Shown: positions 39,481-49,905 of the stretch, piece by piece
Numbering within the stretch: the first letter of the stretch is position 1
How the letters are laid out: every line of letters starts with the position of its first letter
Origin: Rebecca billardiae RCC1528
Taxonomy: Eukaryota > Protista > Haptophyta
Assembly (NCBI GenBank): GCA_965240325.2
Contig: OZ251223.1
Span: 2,418,001 to 2,482,000 of the forward strand
Direction of reading: 5' to 3'
DNA: 64,000 nucleotides
Notes under the pieces: generated by a model
Database searches by the model: none
Told to the model about the DNA's origin: nothing
Seen by the model: the letters and a program-made list of their open reading frames with translations, nothing else
Translations under genes and position numbers: made by a program

Positions 39481-39796
39481 TGACGCGTGTGGATCCTCAC
39501 AGGAGCCACACAAGTCAACAGAGTGGGAGGTGACCAAGTTTTTGGCCCCCTCCTCGGGCGGAGCACGAGCGCGCCGCGCCGTTGGCGACGGCACGCGCCG
39601 CGCCGGTGCACCGGCGCGCTTAATAGCAGCGCGCTCCGTCGAGCACTCGCGACGAAGCAGCCGGCGCACGGCGCAGCGGGCTGGCCGATGGCGGCGGCGG
39701 CCATGCATGAACCTCGGCCGCCATCGGGAAAACCCGTGCTCACCGCCCGGACCACGATGACGATGCAAACCCATGGAACAGTGAGTGACAGAGCAT
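39481..39796 (-). repeat. Repeat A1 of DIRS element
   Basis: Matches 34195-34510. Confidence 0.95.
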
Positions 39797-39862
39797 GAGT
39801 TGCTCACCAGTCCGGTAGCCGGGGTACCGGGTGCCGCAAGCACTGTGGCTTGGCGGCAGTCC

Positions 39863-39990
39863 GCCATCGTTTCCACCGATGACGTACAGCGGGGCGGACG
39901 GGGCCGAGGAGGAGGCCGCCTGTTGCTGACGCCTATCAGCTCGACAGCGCCGCCGTGCGTGAGCGTTGCCTGGAGCCCCGGGCCATCGAG
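39863..39990 (+). pseudogene. Decayed, internally deleted copy of the 5' end of the LC4-like gene (42457-42664)
   Basis: GCCATCGTTTCCA.CGATG..., GACGCCTATCAGCTCGACA and GCCGCCGTGCGTGAGCGT.GCCTGGAGCCCCGG.CCAT.GAG are shared. Confidence 0.8.
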
Positions 39991-40059
39991 ACCGCCGACC
40001 CGCCCCGTGCGAAATCGTTGCGGTGGATGAGATCAGCCGTCAGAGAACCCACATCTCGC

Positions 40060-42300
40060 ATGCGGCTCGCTCGCGAGGGCTGCGTCCTCCTCCTCCTGGT
40101 GCTCATCGCCGAGCCTCTCGTGGGTGCGTCGCCCGGCAAGCCGCAGAGCGGCGAGCCGCGCATCTCATCGCCGCACATCGTCTTTGTCCTCGTGGACGAT
40201 TGGGGCTCTGCCGACGCTGGCTGGCGTGAGCGCGCACTGGGCTTGCCCGAGACGCTCCATACACCTGAGCTCGACGTATGCGCCCTCCGCACCAGCGCCC
40301 ACACGCCGCGCTCGCCCTTCTCGTGCTCAGCGCGCACCTCTCCACCTGGGCCCACCCGTGACCCGCGATTCGCGCATCAGGCGCTCAGCGGTGCGCACGC
40401 GGTGCACCTCGAGCACTACTACACGCAGTCGCTCTGCACGCCGAGCCGCGCGGCGCTCCTCACCGGCAGGCTGCCGCACCGTCTCGGGCTGCAGCACGAC
40501 CTCATCCAGCCGCTGGCGCGGCTTTGCCTGCCGCCCGCCGTCGGCACGCTCGCCGACGGCCTGCGCGCGCTCAACTACTCGACCCACCTCGTGGGCAAGT
40601 TCCACCTCGGCCACTACAAGGAGGCGTGCATGCCGTGGCGCCGAGGCTTCGACTCCTTCTACGGCATCCTGGGCGGCCACGCGGATCACTACACGAAGGC
40701 GAGCGGCCGGCGCGGCGCGCCAGACTTCCGCTCGTCGCGCGGGCCGCTGCCGATCCCCCCGGAATGCGCGCCGCCGGCCGGCGCCGAGCCCCCCGAGTCG
40801 TGCCACTCGCACGAGCAGTACACAGCACGCGCCGAGCAGCTGGTGGCCGCGCACGCGCGGAGGCACGCGGCCCGGCCGCTCTTCCTGCTGTGGTCGCCCC
40901 AGCTCGTGCACATGCCGCTGCAGGCGCCCTCGCGCTTCGTGGCGGCCGTGGACGCGCGGCGCGTGGCCGAGGACCGCCGCCGCAAGTACGCCGCGATGGT
41001 GGCCGCGCTCGACGAGGGCGTCGGGCGGCTGGTGGCGGCGTTGCGCCGCGCGCGCATGTGGTCGTCCACGCTGCTCGTCGTCGCGTCGGACAACGGCGGC
41101 TGGCGCAGCTTCGGCGGGTCCAACTGGCCGTCTCGCGGGACGAAGGGCACCGTCCGCGACGGCGGGATGCGCACCTTCCCGTTCGTGCACGACGGCTCGC
41201 GCGGGCGGTTCCTGCCCTCGGCCCGGCACGGCATCGCGCGGCTCTCCTCGCTGTTCCACGTCGCCGACTGGCTGCCCACGCTCGTGCGCGCGGCGACGGC
41301 GCACGACACGCGCGGCGCGACGCTCGCGTTCGGCGCAGCCGCCGGCGTGGGCGGTGGCGCTGCCATGGGCGGTTGTGCGTGCGCGCCGCTGGACGGGGTC
41401 GACCAGTGGGCCGCGCTGCAGGCGGCGCCCGCAGCGGCCACCGGCGTACCCGACGCCTCGGAGACGGCCCCGGCGTGCGCGGCGGCGCTGGACGGCGTGC
41501 CCCCCTCGGCTGAGGGCGCGCGCCCGGCCCCTCGCCCGCCGCGCACAGAAGTCCTGCTGCACCTCGAGCCGCCCCCGGACTCCGGGCCGCCATCGATCGG
41601 CACGGCCGCGCTGCGCGTTGGGCGTTGGAAGCTGCTGTCGCACCCGGCCGGCTTTGGCCAAAACACGCTCGCCAAGAGCCACTTCGACGGCTGGTGCGGC
41701 AACTGCCGCGCGCGCGCCGGCTGCGTGTTGCCACCGGGCAGCGCGCCTGGCGGCTACTGGTGGAAGCGCTCGCGCACCGTGCCCCTCGGCGGCGAGGTGT
41801 GCTGCTGGCACGGACAGCCCTCGCTCGGCCCGGCCGGAGACTGGACCACGCCGAGCGCTGCCTCGAATGGTAGCGCGGACGCGCCGGTGGTGGCGTGCCG
41901 CCCGTTGCCGCGCGATTCGCGCGGGACGCTGCGGCTGCCCGCGCGCGCGGAGATCGAGCTGTACGACGTGTGCGCCGATCCGCACGAGACGGCTGATCTG
42001 GCGCAGGCCGAGCCGCAGGTCGTCGCGGCCCTGCGGGCGCGTCTCAAGGCGTACGCGCGCACGAGCGCGCCGTGCTGCTCGTGCGTCGCACCCAGGTGGG
42101 ACGCGCTCGAGAAGACCCTCGCGCCACGCGACGGCCGTTTCGGCGCGTTCAACGACGAGCGCGACCTGGGTGAGCTCAATCACACCGCGTTCGCGAGTGC
42201 GTGCGGGCTGCAAGCGACACATCCCGACACATCGGCGATGGCCGTGCTCTGCGATAGTCGTGGCAGCGCGAATGTCAGCCAGCATCAGGCCGTCTGCTGA
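40060..42300 (+). CDS. Secreted formylglycine-dependent arylsulfatase (ARSB/I/J-like)
   Basis: Signal peptide, HIVFVLVDDWG, CTPSRAALLTGR, GKFHLG, SDNGG, NWPSRGTKGT, FHVADWLPT; probable in-frame intron 40276-40380. Confidence 0.92.
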   Translation: MRLAREGCVLLLLVLIAEPLVGASPGKPQSGEPRISSPHIVFVLVDDWGSADAGWRERALGLPETLHTPELDVCALRTSAHTPRSPFSCSARTSPPGPTRDPRFAHQALSGAHAVHLEHYYTQSLCTPSRAALLTGRLPHRLGLQHDLIQPLARLCLPPAVGTLADGLRALNYSTHLVGKFHLGHYKEACMPWRRGFDSFYGILGGHADHYTKASGRRGAPDFRSSRGPLPIPPECAPPAGAEPPESCHSHEQYTARAEQLVAAHARRHAARPLFLLWSPQLVHMPLQAPSRFVAAVDARRVAEDRRRKYAAMVAALDEGVGRLVAALRRARMWSSTLLVVASDNGGWRSFGGSNWPSRGTKGTVRDGGMRTFPFVHDGSRGRFLPSARHGIARLSSLFHVADWLPTLVRAATAHDTRGATLAFGAAAGVGGGAAMGGCACAPLDGVDQWAALQAAPAAATGVPDASETAPACAAALDGVPPSAEGARPAPRPPRTEVLLHLEPPPDSGPPSIGTAALRVGRWKLLSHPAGFGQNTLAKSHFDGWCGNCRARAGCVLPPGSAPGGYWWKRSRTVPLGGEVCCWHGQPSLGPAGDWTTPSAASNGSADAPVVACRPLPRDSRGTLRLPARAEIELYDVCADPHETADLAQAEPQVVAALRARLKAYARTSAPCCSCVAPRWDALEKTLAPRDGRFGAFNDERDLGELNHTAFASACGLQATHPDTSAMAVLCDSRGSANVSQHQAVC

Positions 42301-42472
42301 CTGACACAGTGACACTACAGTCTACTAGTACTAGTACACGCGGTAAGTAGCGCTACTACTTGGCTGTACAGTTTACTATAAGAATAAGAGACGCACACAG
42401 CTCAGGCAGGCGAGATTGGCTTCCGGAACGTCGGCCATCATCGTTTTTTCCCGCCGGCCATCGTTTCCAGCG

Positions 42473-43126
42473 ATGGCGTCCGGCGGAGCGGACGGCGCTG
42501 AGGAGGAGGAGGAGGCGCCGCCTGTTGTGGTGCCGAGCGTCAGCATCCCACCGGGAACTGCGCTTGACGCGAACGAAAGGGCGACAGCCTCCTCCATCTT
42601 CGACGCCTATCAGCTCGACAATGCCGCCGTGCGTGAGCGTCGCCTGGAGCCCCGGACCATTGAGGTGATGGAGACGGAGCGCGTGCGGCAAGCCCTCGCA
42701 GACGCGGGCTACGCGGTCACCGGCAACGAGCTCTTCGCCCTCGTCAGCGCGGCTGATCCAGCCGCTATCGGTGTCCTCACGCGTGAAACATTTTTAGCCG
42801 TGCTCAGCCGCCAGAAGATGCTGGCACTCGAAGCAGCGCGCACAGCGGACACGTTCAAGGCATACGTCGCACTAGGTGGCACGGTGAACCGCACGGATAA
42901 GGTGCGCTTGCAGCCTTTGCTCGAGGTTGTTCGCGACTTTGGCATCCCGCTCGATCTACGGCGGGGCACAGAGGGGATCGTCCAGCGCAGAATGCGCGCG
43001 TTTGAAGAGGTGCTCGCCATGGGCGGGGAGCTCGATGACGACGAGCTGGATGATCTCAAGGCCACCGAGGCCGTCGACTTTGACGACCTCGAGGCATTTG
43101 TTTCCTCGGCCCGCGCGTCTGGATGA
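42473..43126 (+). CDS. EF-hand protein similar to flagellar outer-arm dynein light chain LC4
   Basis: ELFALVSAADP...G.L....FL.V..RQK and DTFKAYVALGG..NRT.KV..L..VVRDFGI.LD resemble the LC4 family; the EF loops are degenerate. Confidence 0.6.
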   Translation: MASGGADGAEEEEEAPPVVVPSVSIPPGTALDANERATASSIFDAYQLDNAAVRERRLEPRTIEVMETERVRQALADAGYAVTGNELFALVSAADPAAIGVLTRETFLAVLSRQKMLALEAARTADTFKAYVALGGTVNRTDKVRLQPLLEVVRDFGIPLDLRRGTEGIVQRRMRAFEEVLAMGGELDDDELDDLKATEAVDFDDLEAFVSSARASG

Positions 43127-43356
43127 CTACACTACTACTCGATGCATCCTTGCAGCGTCAGCGCGCGATCGATCATCACGTGATTCACGACGGCGATATG
43201 CCGCCTGACCGGTGCCAACTCGCCCGACCGAATCTTACAGCAGTCTAGGCAGAGTAGTTGTACAGTCACAGACGAGCGCAGTCATGACTTATGATTATGA
43301 GGAACGACGATTGATATACAGTAAGTAACCTGCGCTGGCGCGCTTATTCATCCTCT

Positions 43357-43839
43357 TCACGGCACAGCTGCTGCTTCTACCGTACTTCAGCAGCAGCAGC
43401 GCGCAGATTATTATATATATACTATTATATTACTACGACACGTCGCGTCGCCCAGTCATCCCTGGGCCTGGTAGTGACCGACGCCGGCAAGCGCCGACGA
43501 CGAGCTAGCAGATATCCGTCTCACTCTCTCCGTCTCTCTCTCGCTCTAGCTATATATATATTCTATAGACGATAGACTCTAGTACCTGCCCGTGCAGCTG
43601 GCGGTGCCGCACAGGCAGGGCGTCGGGGCAGCGGTGTGCGATCCAGCCGCGGCTCCCATCGCGTTGCGCGCGGCGAGCCCCGGCGGCTTTTCGTATGCAG
43701 CGGCGCTCTTGTACCCCAGCTCCTCGCCCTTGCTGATCTTGCGGCGCGTCACGAACTGAACCCACTTTTGGGGCACGCCCTTGGGGCTGCTGGAGCCGTG
43801 GGGCTGAGCGGGCAGCGCGTCGGCTCGATGAGGTTGGGC
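43357..43839 (-). pseudogene. Tandem duplicate of the SET-gene 3' end and downstream flank (source 43840-44355)
   Basis: Contains the same terminal codons (QKWVQFVTRRKISKGEEL...CLCGTASCTGRY*), with indels. Confidence 0.9.
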
Positions 43840-44097
43840 TCACGGCACAGCTGCTGCTTCTACTACTTCATCAGCAGCAGCGCGCAGATTATATATATAT
43901 ATATATATATATACTATTATATTATTACTACGACACGTCGCGTCGCCCAGTCATCCCTGGGCCGCCTGGTAGTGACCGACGCCGCGCCGGCAAGCGCCGC
44001 CGACGAGCGTCGAGCTAGCGCAGATATATCGTCCGTCTCACTACTCTCGTCTCCGACTCTCTCTCGCTCTAGCTACATATTCTATAGACGATAGACT

Positions 44098-47000
44098 CTA
44101 GTACCTGCCCGTGCAGCTGGCGGTGCCGCACAGGCAGGGCGTCGGGGCAGCGGTGTGCGATCCAGCCGCGGCTCCCATCGCGTTGCGCGCGGCGAGCCCC
44201 GGCGGCTTTTCGTATGCAGCGGCGCTCTTGTACCCCAGCTCCTCGCCCTTGCTGATCTTGCGGCGCGTCACGAACTGAACCCACTTTTGGGGCACGCCCT
44301 TGGGGCTGCTGGAGCCGTGGGGCAGCGGGCAGCGCGTCGGCTCGAGGTTGGGCTCGCACGAGAAGTTGATGAAGGCGGCGACGTTGCACACGCGGTGCGC
44401 GTCGATCAGATGCCCGCCGCCAATGTCGAAGGTGTAGCTGCAGTGGTCTGGTCGGCGCAGGTCCTCCTCGGCCGTGATCAGCTCGCCGGCGTACGTGCAG
44501 ACGGCCACGCCCCGGTCCAGATTGCGCAGCGTGCGCACGCCCCAGCCGCGCTTGCCGGTCCAGAACACCTCGAGCTCGACGTGCACGAGCTCCGGGCTGA
44601 CCATCTGCTCCGCCGGGATCGGCCTGCACTGCCGACCCAGCAGCGGCATGGGCACAGCGCGCATCGCGCACGGCACGGTCACGTAGGTGAGCCTCGGCGG
44701 CTGCGTGTTCGGCGCGCCGCGCGCGTCGCATCGGACAGGCGTGGGCTCGAGGCCCGCCGAGAGGTCGGCGCAGATCCCGGCCTCGTCGACGGCGAGGGGC
44801 GCGAGCTCGGGCCAGCCGGCGCGATCGAGGCCGTGCGCCGAGGCCCAGTGCACGAGCACGGGGAGGCAGCGGCCGTGCGCGCCGCTCGCACGCGCCCAGC
44901 TCGCGAGCTCGGCGGCGCCCGCGCGCGGCTCGCGCCGCTCGAGCAGCAGCAGGGCGACATCCGCCGCGCCGGCCACGATCGCGCTGTCCATCAGCACGTC
45001 CGCAAGCGAGCTGCCGACCGTGTTCGGGTCGGTTGGCGAGGCTGACTGGGCGAGCGGCGGCGCGGCGCCCGCGGCCGAGGCGCACGTGCGCAGCAGAGCC
45101 TCGAGCATCGGCGCGTCGTTGCGCTCGGCGCACACGCGCAGCGTGGCCTCGCTGATCGGGGGTGGGTAGCGCCCCTTGAGCAGCCGCAGCGCCAGCTCGC
45201 GCTCTCCCAGCCGCACGTGCTCCTCGAGCTGAGCGCACGGGTCGGGAGGGGGCGAGCCCGCGCGAGGCCCGTCCCGCTGGCCGTCCTCGTCACAGTCGTC
45301 ACGGTCGGAGTCGTCGGCCTCGGAGGCGGAGGAGGTGGTGGCGCTGCCGCCCGGTCCGCTCACTCGGTAGCTGCGCGCACGAGCCGCGCGCACAGCCCTG
45401 CGCGGGCCGTCGGCGCCGTCTGCCGAGTCGCGAGCGTCCGCCGCCTCCTCCTCCTCCTCCTCCGCCTCCTCATCCGCCTCCTCCTCCTCCTCCTCCTCCG
45501 CCTCCTCCTCCGCCTCCTCCTCCTCTGAGTCCTCCGCCTCCTCCTCCTCTGAGTCCTCCGCCTCCTCCTCCTCTGAGTCCTCGCCCTCCTCGTCCTCGCT
45601 GTACGATGGGTCGTGCGCCCCACGCACCTCGGCGATCAGCTGCTTCGCCGCGCCGCACGCCTTGCCCACGAAGACGTTGAGCGCCTGCTTGAGCTTGGCG
45701 CGCACGGCCGCGTCGCCGCACTCCGCGCTCGCGAGGTCCACGAGCTGACGGAACGCCCGCGAGCCCCCGGCCGTGTTGGTCGTCATCCGGTGGGCCTCGC
45801 GCAGCTGCGCGTGCCAGCCCGAGAACGCGCACGGCGGCTTGCCCAGCATCCGATCGAGATTCGTGGTCGCCGCCGAGAGCCCCGCCAAGTGGAGCGGCGC
45901 GAGCACGCTCTTGCGCAGCCCGCGCGCCAGCGTCTCCGCTTCGGCGGCGGGCAGGCTGTCGTCTTCACGCGCGCGCTCGATCGCGCGCTCCACGTACAGC
46001 CTCACGTACTCGCACATCTTGTCGTCCGAGCCAGGCACGCGCGCGACCACGTTCGCGGCCTTGCGCAGGTACCCGCGCCACGTGGTGTTGAGGCCCTCCT
46101 GGAAGAGCAGGCCCGAGACCTTCGCCGCCCATTTGCCACGCTTGCGCGGCTTCGGCGCGGCCGCCTGCGCGGCGTGCGGCGCCGCGCGCTTGCGAGGCGC
46201 GTTGGGTGCAGCACGACCGGAGCTCGGCAGCGGCGCGTCCTCCTCCTCCTCCTCCTCCTCCTCCTCCTCGCCCTCCTCCTCGTCCTCCTCCTCGCCCGCC
46301 TTCTCGTCCTCCTCCTCCTCCTGGCCCCCCGCCGCGGACAGTGGCGTGTACGGCATCCGCGTGAGCAGCGCGACCAGGTCGCGCCGACCCCACGCCATCG
46401 CGACGTCCGCCGCGAGCAGCCGCGGGACGCCGTCCACCCGGCGCGCCTTGTGCAGCAGGTGCAGCCCGTTCTCGCACCGGCGGTTGTTCGGCTCGGCGCC
46501 AACCGCCAGAAGCGCGCGCACGACGTCCGCGCGCTGCTCGTCGTCCGCGCCGTCGCGCTGCACGCACGCCCAGTGCAGCGGCGTGCAGCCGTCGGCGTCG
46601 GTCACGTTCGGGTCCGCCTTCGCCTCGAGCAAGGCGCGCACGATGCCGAGCCGGCCGAATTCGCATGCCTTGTGCAGCGCGGTGTACCCGTGCTTCACGC
46701 GCTCGTCTGGGCGCACGCGCACATCGCTCAGCAGCGCGCGCACCGTGGGCTCGTGGTTGGACTGGGTCGCCGAGAAGAGCGGGTGGCCCTTGCCCGAGAG
46801 CACTGGCCCGTTCGGATCATGCACGACGCGCAGCGCGAGGCTTGTCGAGCTGCACATTGCGAGCGGCGTGCCCTTGGCGTGCACGTCCGCCGTCACGGCG
46901 CTGTGCAGCAGTGGCATGCTCGGGTTGTCCTCAAACGGCGGGAGCTCGTTGCCGGTGCGCTCGGCGCCAAACTCGTCGTAGCGGAAGTGCGGCGCGACCA

Positions 47001-47637
47001 TGTTCGTGTTACACGCCTCGACGAACGTGCGGATCGCCTCGTGCGAGTCGACCGGGGGGCGCTTGGACCGCGCCTTCCGCGGCTGCGGCTGCACGCCGCC
47101 AGGGTGCTCTCGCGCGCCCTCTTCGGGGTGTGGCGTGGCGGCGTGCGCGAACTCGTTGTGCTTGAGCCATCCGAGGCAGGCCAGCAGGCGCCAGTCCACT
47201 GACAGACAGTAGCACGGCGGCGTCCGCAACATCGCCTCCATCGCCAGCGCCTCGTCGCGGCCGCGCAGCAGCCGCATGCACATCCACGCCGATGGCTGGT
47301 TCTTCTTCAGATCGCTCTCGGGGGTGCCGGCCACGACCTCGGGGGCCGAGGTGACGCCCGCATGGGCTGCAAGCGCCGAGAGACTCGTGCGGAGCGCCAG
47401 GGCCGAGGTGATGCCCGCACGGGCTGCAAGCGCCGAGAGATTCTGCACCGGGTTGGATTCCGCCGACATGTCTGCGAGCGACGTGTACGCGCGGTGCAAC
47501 GCGTGCGCCGCGAGCGCCTGCGCAGTTTGCTCACGCGTGCCCTGGGGTGTAGAGACGACGTACTCGTCTATCCAGCCCGCTGGGATGAGCGTCCCCGGCA
47601 TCAGGCTAGCCAGCTCGTCTCGGAGGTCGGCATCCAT
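44098..47637 (-). CDS. Ankyrin-repeat + SET/post-SET protein (G9a/Suv39-like architecture)
   Basis: GYTALHKAC, GCTPLHWAC; acidic tracts; DLSAGLE..PV, KRGWGVRT, YAGELIT, NVAAFINFSCEPNL, CLCG...C. Confidence 0.85.
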   Translation of the reverse strand: MDADLRDELASLMPGTLIPAGWIDEYVVSTPQGTREQTAQALAAHALHRAYTSLADMSAESNPVQNLSALAARAGITSALALRTSLSALAAHAGVTSAPEVVAGTPESDLKKNQPSAWMCMRLLRGRDEALAMEAMLRTPPCYCLSVDWRLLACLGWLKHNEFAHAATPHPEEGAREHPGGVQPQPRKARSKRPPVDSHEAIRTFVEACNTNMVAPHFRYDEFGAERTGNELPPFEDNPSMPLLHSAVTADVHAKGTPLAMCSSTSLALRVVHDPNGPVLSGKGHPLFSATQSNHEPTVRALLSDVRVRPDERVKHGYTALHKACEFGRLGIVRALLEAKADPNVTDADGCTPLHWACVQRDGADDEQRADVVRALLAVGAEPNNRRCENGLHLLHKARRVDGVPRLLAADVAMAWGRRDLVALLTRMPYTPLSAAGGQEEEEDEKAGEEEDEEEGEEEEEEEEEEDAPLPSSGRAAPNAPRKRAAPHAAQAAAPKPRKRGKWAAKVSGLLFQEGLNTTWRGYLRKAANVVARVPGSDDKMCEYVRLYVERAIERAREDDSLPAAEAETLARGLRKSVLAPLHLAGLSAATTNLDRMLGKPPCAFSGWHAQLREAHRMTTNTAGGSRAFRQLVDLASAECGDAAVRAKLKQALNVFVGKACGAAKQLIAEVRGAHDPSYSEDEEGEDSEEEEAEDSEEEEAEDSEEEEAEEEAEEEEEEEADEEAEEEEEEAADARDSADGADGPRRAVRAARARSYRVSGPGGSATTSSASEADDSDRDDCDEDGQRDGPRAGSPPPDPCAQLEEHVRLGERELALRLLKGRYPPPISEATLRVCAERNDAPMLEALLRTCASAAGAAPPLAQSASPTDPNTVGSSLADVLMDSAIVAGAADVALLLLERREPRAGAAELASWARASGAHGRCLPVLVHWASAHGLDRAGWPELAPLAVDEAGICADLSAGLEPTPVRCDARGAPNTQPPRLTYVTVPCAMRAVPMPLLGRQCRPIPAEQMVSPELVHVELEVFWTGKRGWGVRTLRNLDRGVAVCTYAGELITAEEDLRRPDHCSYTFDIGGGHLIDAHRVCNVAAFINFSCEPNLEPTRCPLPHGSSSPKGVPQKWVQFVTRRKISKGEELGYKSAAAYEKPPGLAARNAMGAAAGSHTAAPTPCLCGTASCTGRY

Positions 47638-47824
47638 CGCGTGGGTTCGGTGAGCGCTTGAGAACAGCAGCGTCGCGCCAACCACCGCTCGCGTCGGCGA
47701 GCGAGCGTTCGCGCCCTCACCGGCGCGCTCGGAGGACAGGTCGAAGCGGACAGCTGGACACGCTGCACAGCCGGACAAAAATGGACAAGCCCGGACTCAA
47801 GCCGCGGCGAGTCGGCACGACGCC

Positions 47825-49559
47825 ATGGACCCGCTCTCGCTGCTCCGCGAGCACAACATCGCCAACAAGCCGGTGCTGCTGCAGGGCGAGCAGCTCGTCT
47901 TTGGCAGCGTGCGACTCTCGCGCGACTCGCCCACAGCGTACCGCTCGCTCAACGGCACCGGACCCTTCTACGCGATCGATCAGCTATGGTTCTTCCTGCA
48001 GAACTCCAAGCTCTCGCACGCGCAGTACCTCATGGCGTGCAACAAGAACAAGATCAAGGCGGTCTCGCTCCCGGACAAGCGTGACCTCCTTGCGTACCTC
48101 ACCGGCCAGACCGACACCTCCGCGGCCATCGACCTCGCCAACGCGCCGCTCGTCGGCGAGGTCGACGCTGCGGGCGTCGAGCAGCCAGCGCAGAAGCGCG
48201 CGCGGCCCGCGGACGGCGCGGCCGAGCTGGAGGATGAGCAGGAGACGCAGGAGCTGATCGCGCGCGCGCGCCAGATCGTCGAGGCGGCGCTTGACGGGCC
48301 CGCGCTCATCACCGTCGACGCCGCGGCCGACGCGCCCGCAGCCGCCGCACCGGCCGCTGAGGGCGAGCCCGCGGCGGCAGCAGCTGCGGGGCGCGCGCGC
48401 GTCAAGCGGCGGATTGCACCGCTTCCGACAGGCGGGATGCTGCGCGCGCTCGTGGCGGCGGACATGGCCGAGACCGAGCAGATCGTCTCTCGCGAGCTGC
48501 GCACCGCCACCCGCTCCTCCGTGCTGCTCTCCCCCGCGGGCAAGGAGTTTCAGCGCGTCGAGCAGATTGTGCGAGGCCTGCGCGAGCAGGCGCGGCGGCA
48601 TGGCGGCGCGCCGCCGCCGGCCGACCGGAGGGCGGCGAGCGCGGGCGGCGGGCCAGCGCGCGCGTCGCGCGAGGCGCCGTCGTCGCGGGCCGGCGCGCCG
48701 CCCGGCGGCGCGCCGCCGCCCGGCGCGCCGCCGCAGTCGCGCCGACCGGGCGGCGACCAGCGGCCATCGAGCTCGAGCGGCGGAGGCGGTGGCACTTCGC
48801 GGCCGCTCATCATCGTGGTGCCTGCCGCCATCACGTGCACGATCAACATGTGGAACGTGAAGGACTTCCTCGCGAAGGGCATGTGCGTGCTGCGCTCGCG
48901 CGGACCGGCGCTCGCGCGCGCGCTGCATGGCTGCCAGGCTGGCGGCCGGCACCTGCCGCCGCGCTCACCAGCTAACGCGCGCCTCGCGCCTCGCGCCTCG
49001 CGCCCTCGCCCGGCCGGCCCGCTCGCAGGTACGTGCCCACGGCGGAGAAGCGAAAAGACCCTGCGGCCAAGAAGGAGAGCCTGATCACCCACTCGCACAA
49101 GCTGAGCACGGGCCAGACATTGCGCTTCGAGGTGAGCTGCGCGTGCGCGCCGCCTCGCGATGTGCGCGCGTGCGCGTCGCGCGCTGCTGAGCAGCGGTGC
49201 CCCGCCGTGCGCTGGTGCCGCTCCCCCGCCCGCGGGCACAGATTGTGGACAACGTGGCCAAGCTGAGCGAGCGCGACTGGAAGCGCGTGGTCGCGGTGTT
49301 CGTGCAGGGCTCGAGCTGGCAGTTCAAGGGCTGGCCCTTCCGCGACACCGTCGCCATGCTCGCCAACGTGCGCGGCTTCTACGTGCGCTTCAGGGAGGAG
49401 GTGCCGCCGCAGATGATCACGTCCTCGGACGTCAAGTCGCTCATCCTCTCCAAGGAGCAGTCGAAGCGCTACCTGGACTCGGCGGTCGTGAAGGAGTTCT
49501 GGGCGACGCTCGAGAAGTTCCTGGTGCAGCACAAGCGCGAGCTCATCGGCTTGCGATGA
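47825..49559 (+). CDS. CDC73: Parafibromin/Cdc73, PAF1 complex subunit
   Basis: MDPLSLLRE, DKRDLLAYLTG, PLIIVVP..INMWNVKDFL, DWKRVVAVFVQGSSWQFKGWP; introns 48883-49028 and 49132-49241. Confidence 0.95.
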
Positions 49560-49905
49560 TGGCCAGTTGCTGGCGCGCCACGGCGGATCGGTCTCGTGGC
49601 GATGGCGGCGACGATCGTGCAGTGGGCTGAGCTCGTGGATCCGCGCGAGCTAACAGTACTGTGGTCTGTTTTGTGGCTGTGTCTTTGTGCAGTGTTGGAT
49701 GGCGTCAATCACGCCTTAGCCAAGTGTGCACGTCAAAACTATACATAGTAAACTGTAATAATATATCGTCGGATTTATAATAATGCTGCCCTCTGCTCCT
49801 GAAGGGGCAGGGGCGGGCCCGCCGGGCCGCCGGCCGTGCCGCGTGCGTGCGCAGCGCGCACCGTCGGGCGTCGGCGTAACTCAGGAGCATGCCCGAGCGT
49901 ACTAC

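Larger units (their letters stand above)
33970..39796 (-). mobile_element. Intact DIRS/PAT-like tyrosine-recombinase retrotransposon with split direct repeats (A1-ORFs-B1-A2-B2)
   Basis: A = 39481-39796 and 34195-34510; B = 34510-34544 and 33970-34004; gag, RT-RH-MT and YR ORFs are all open. Confidence 0.95.
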
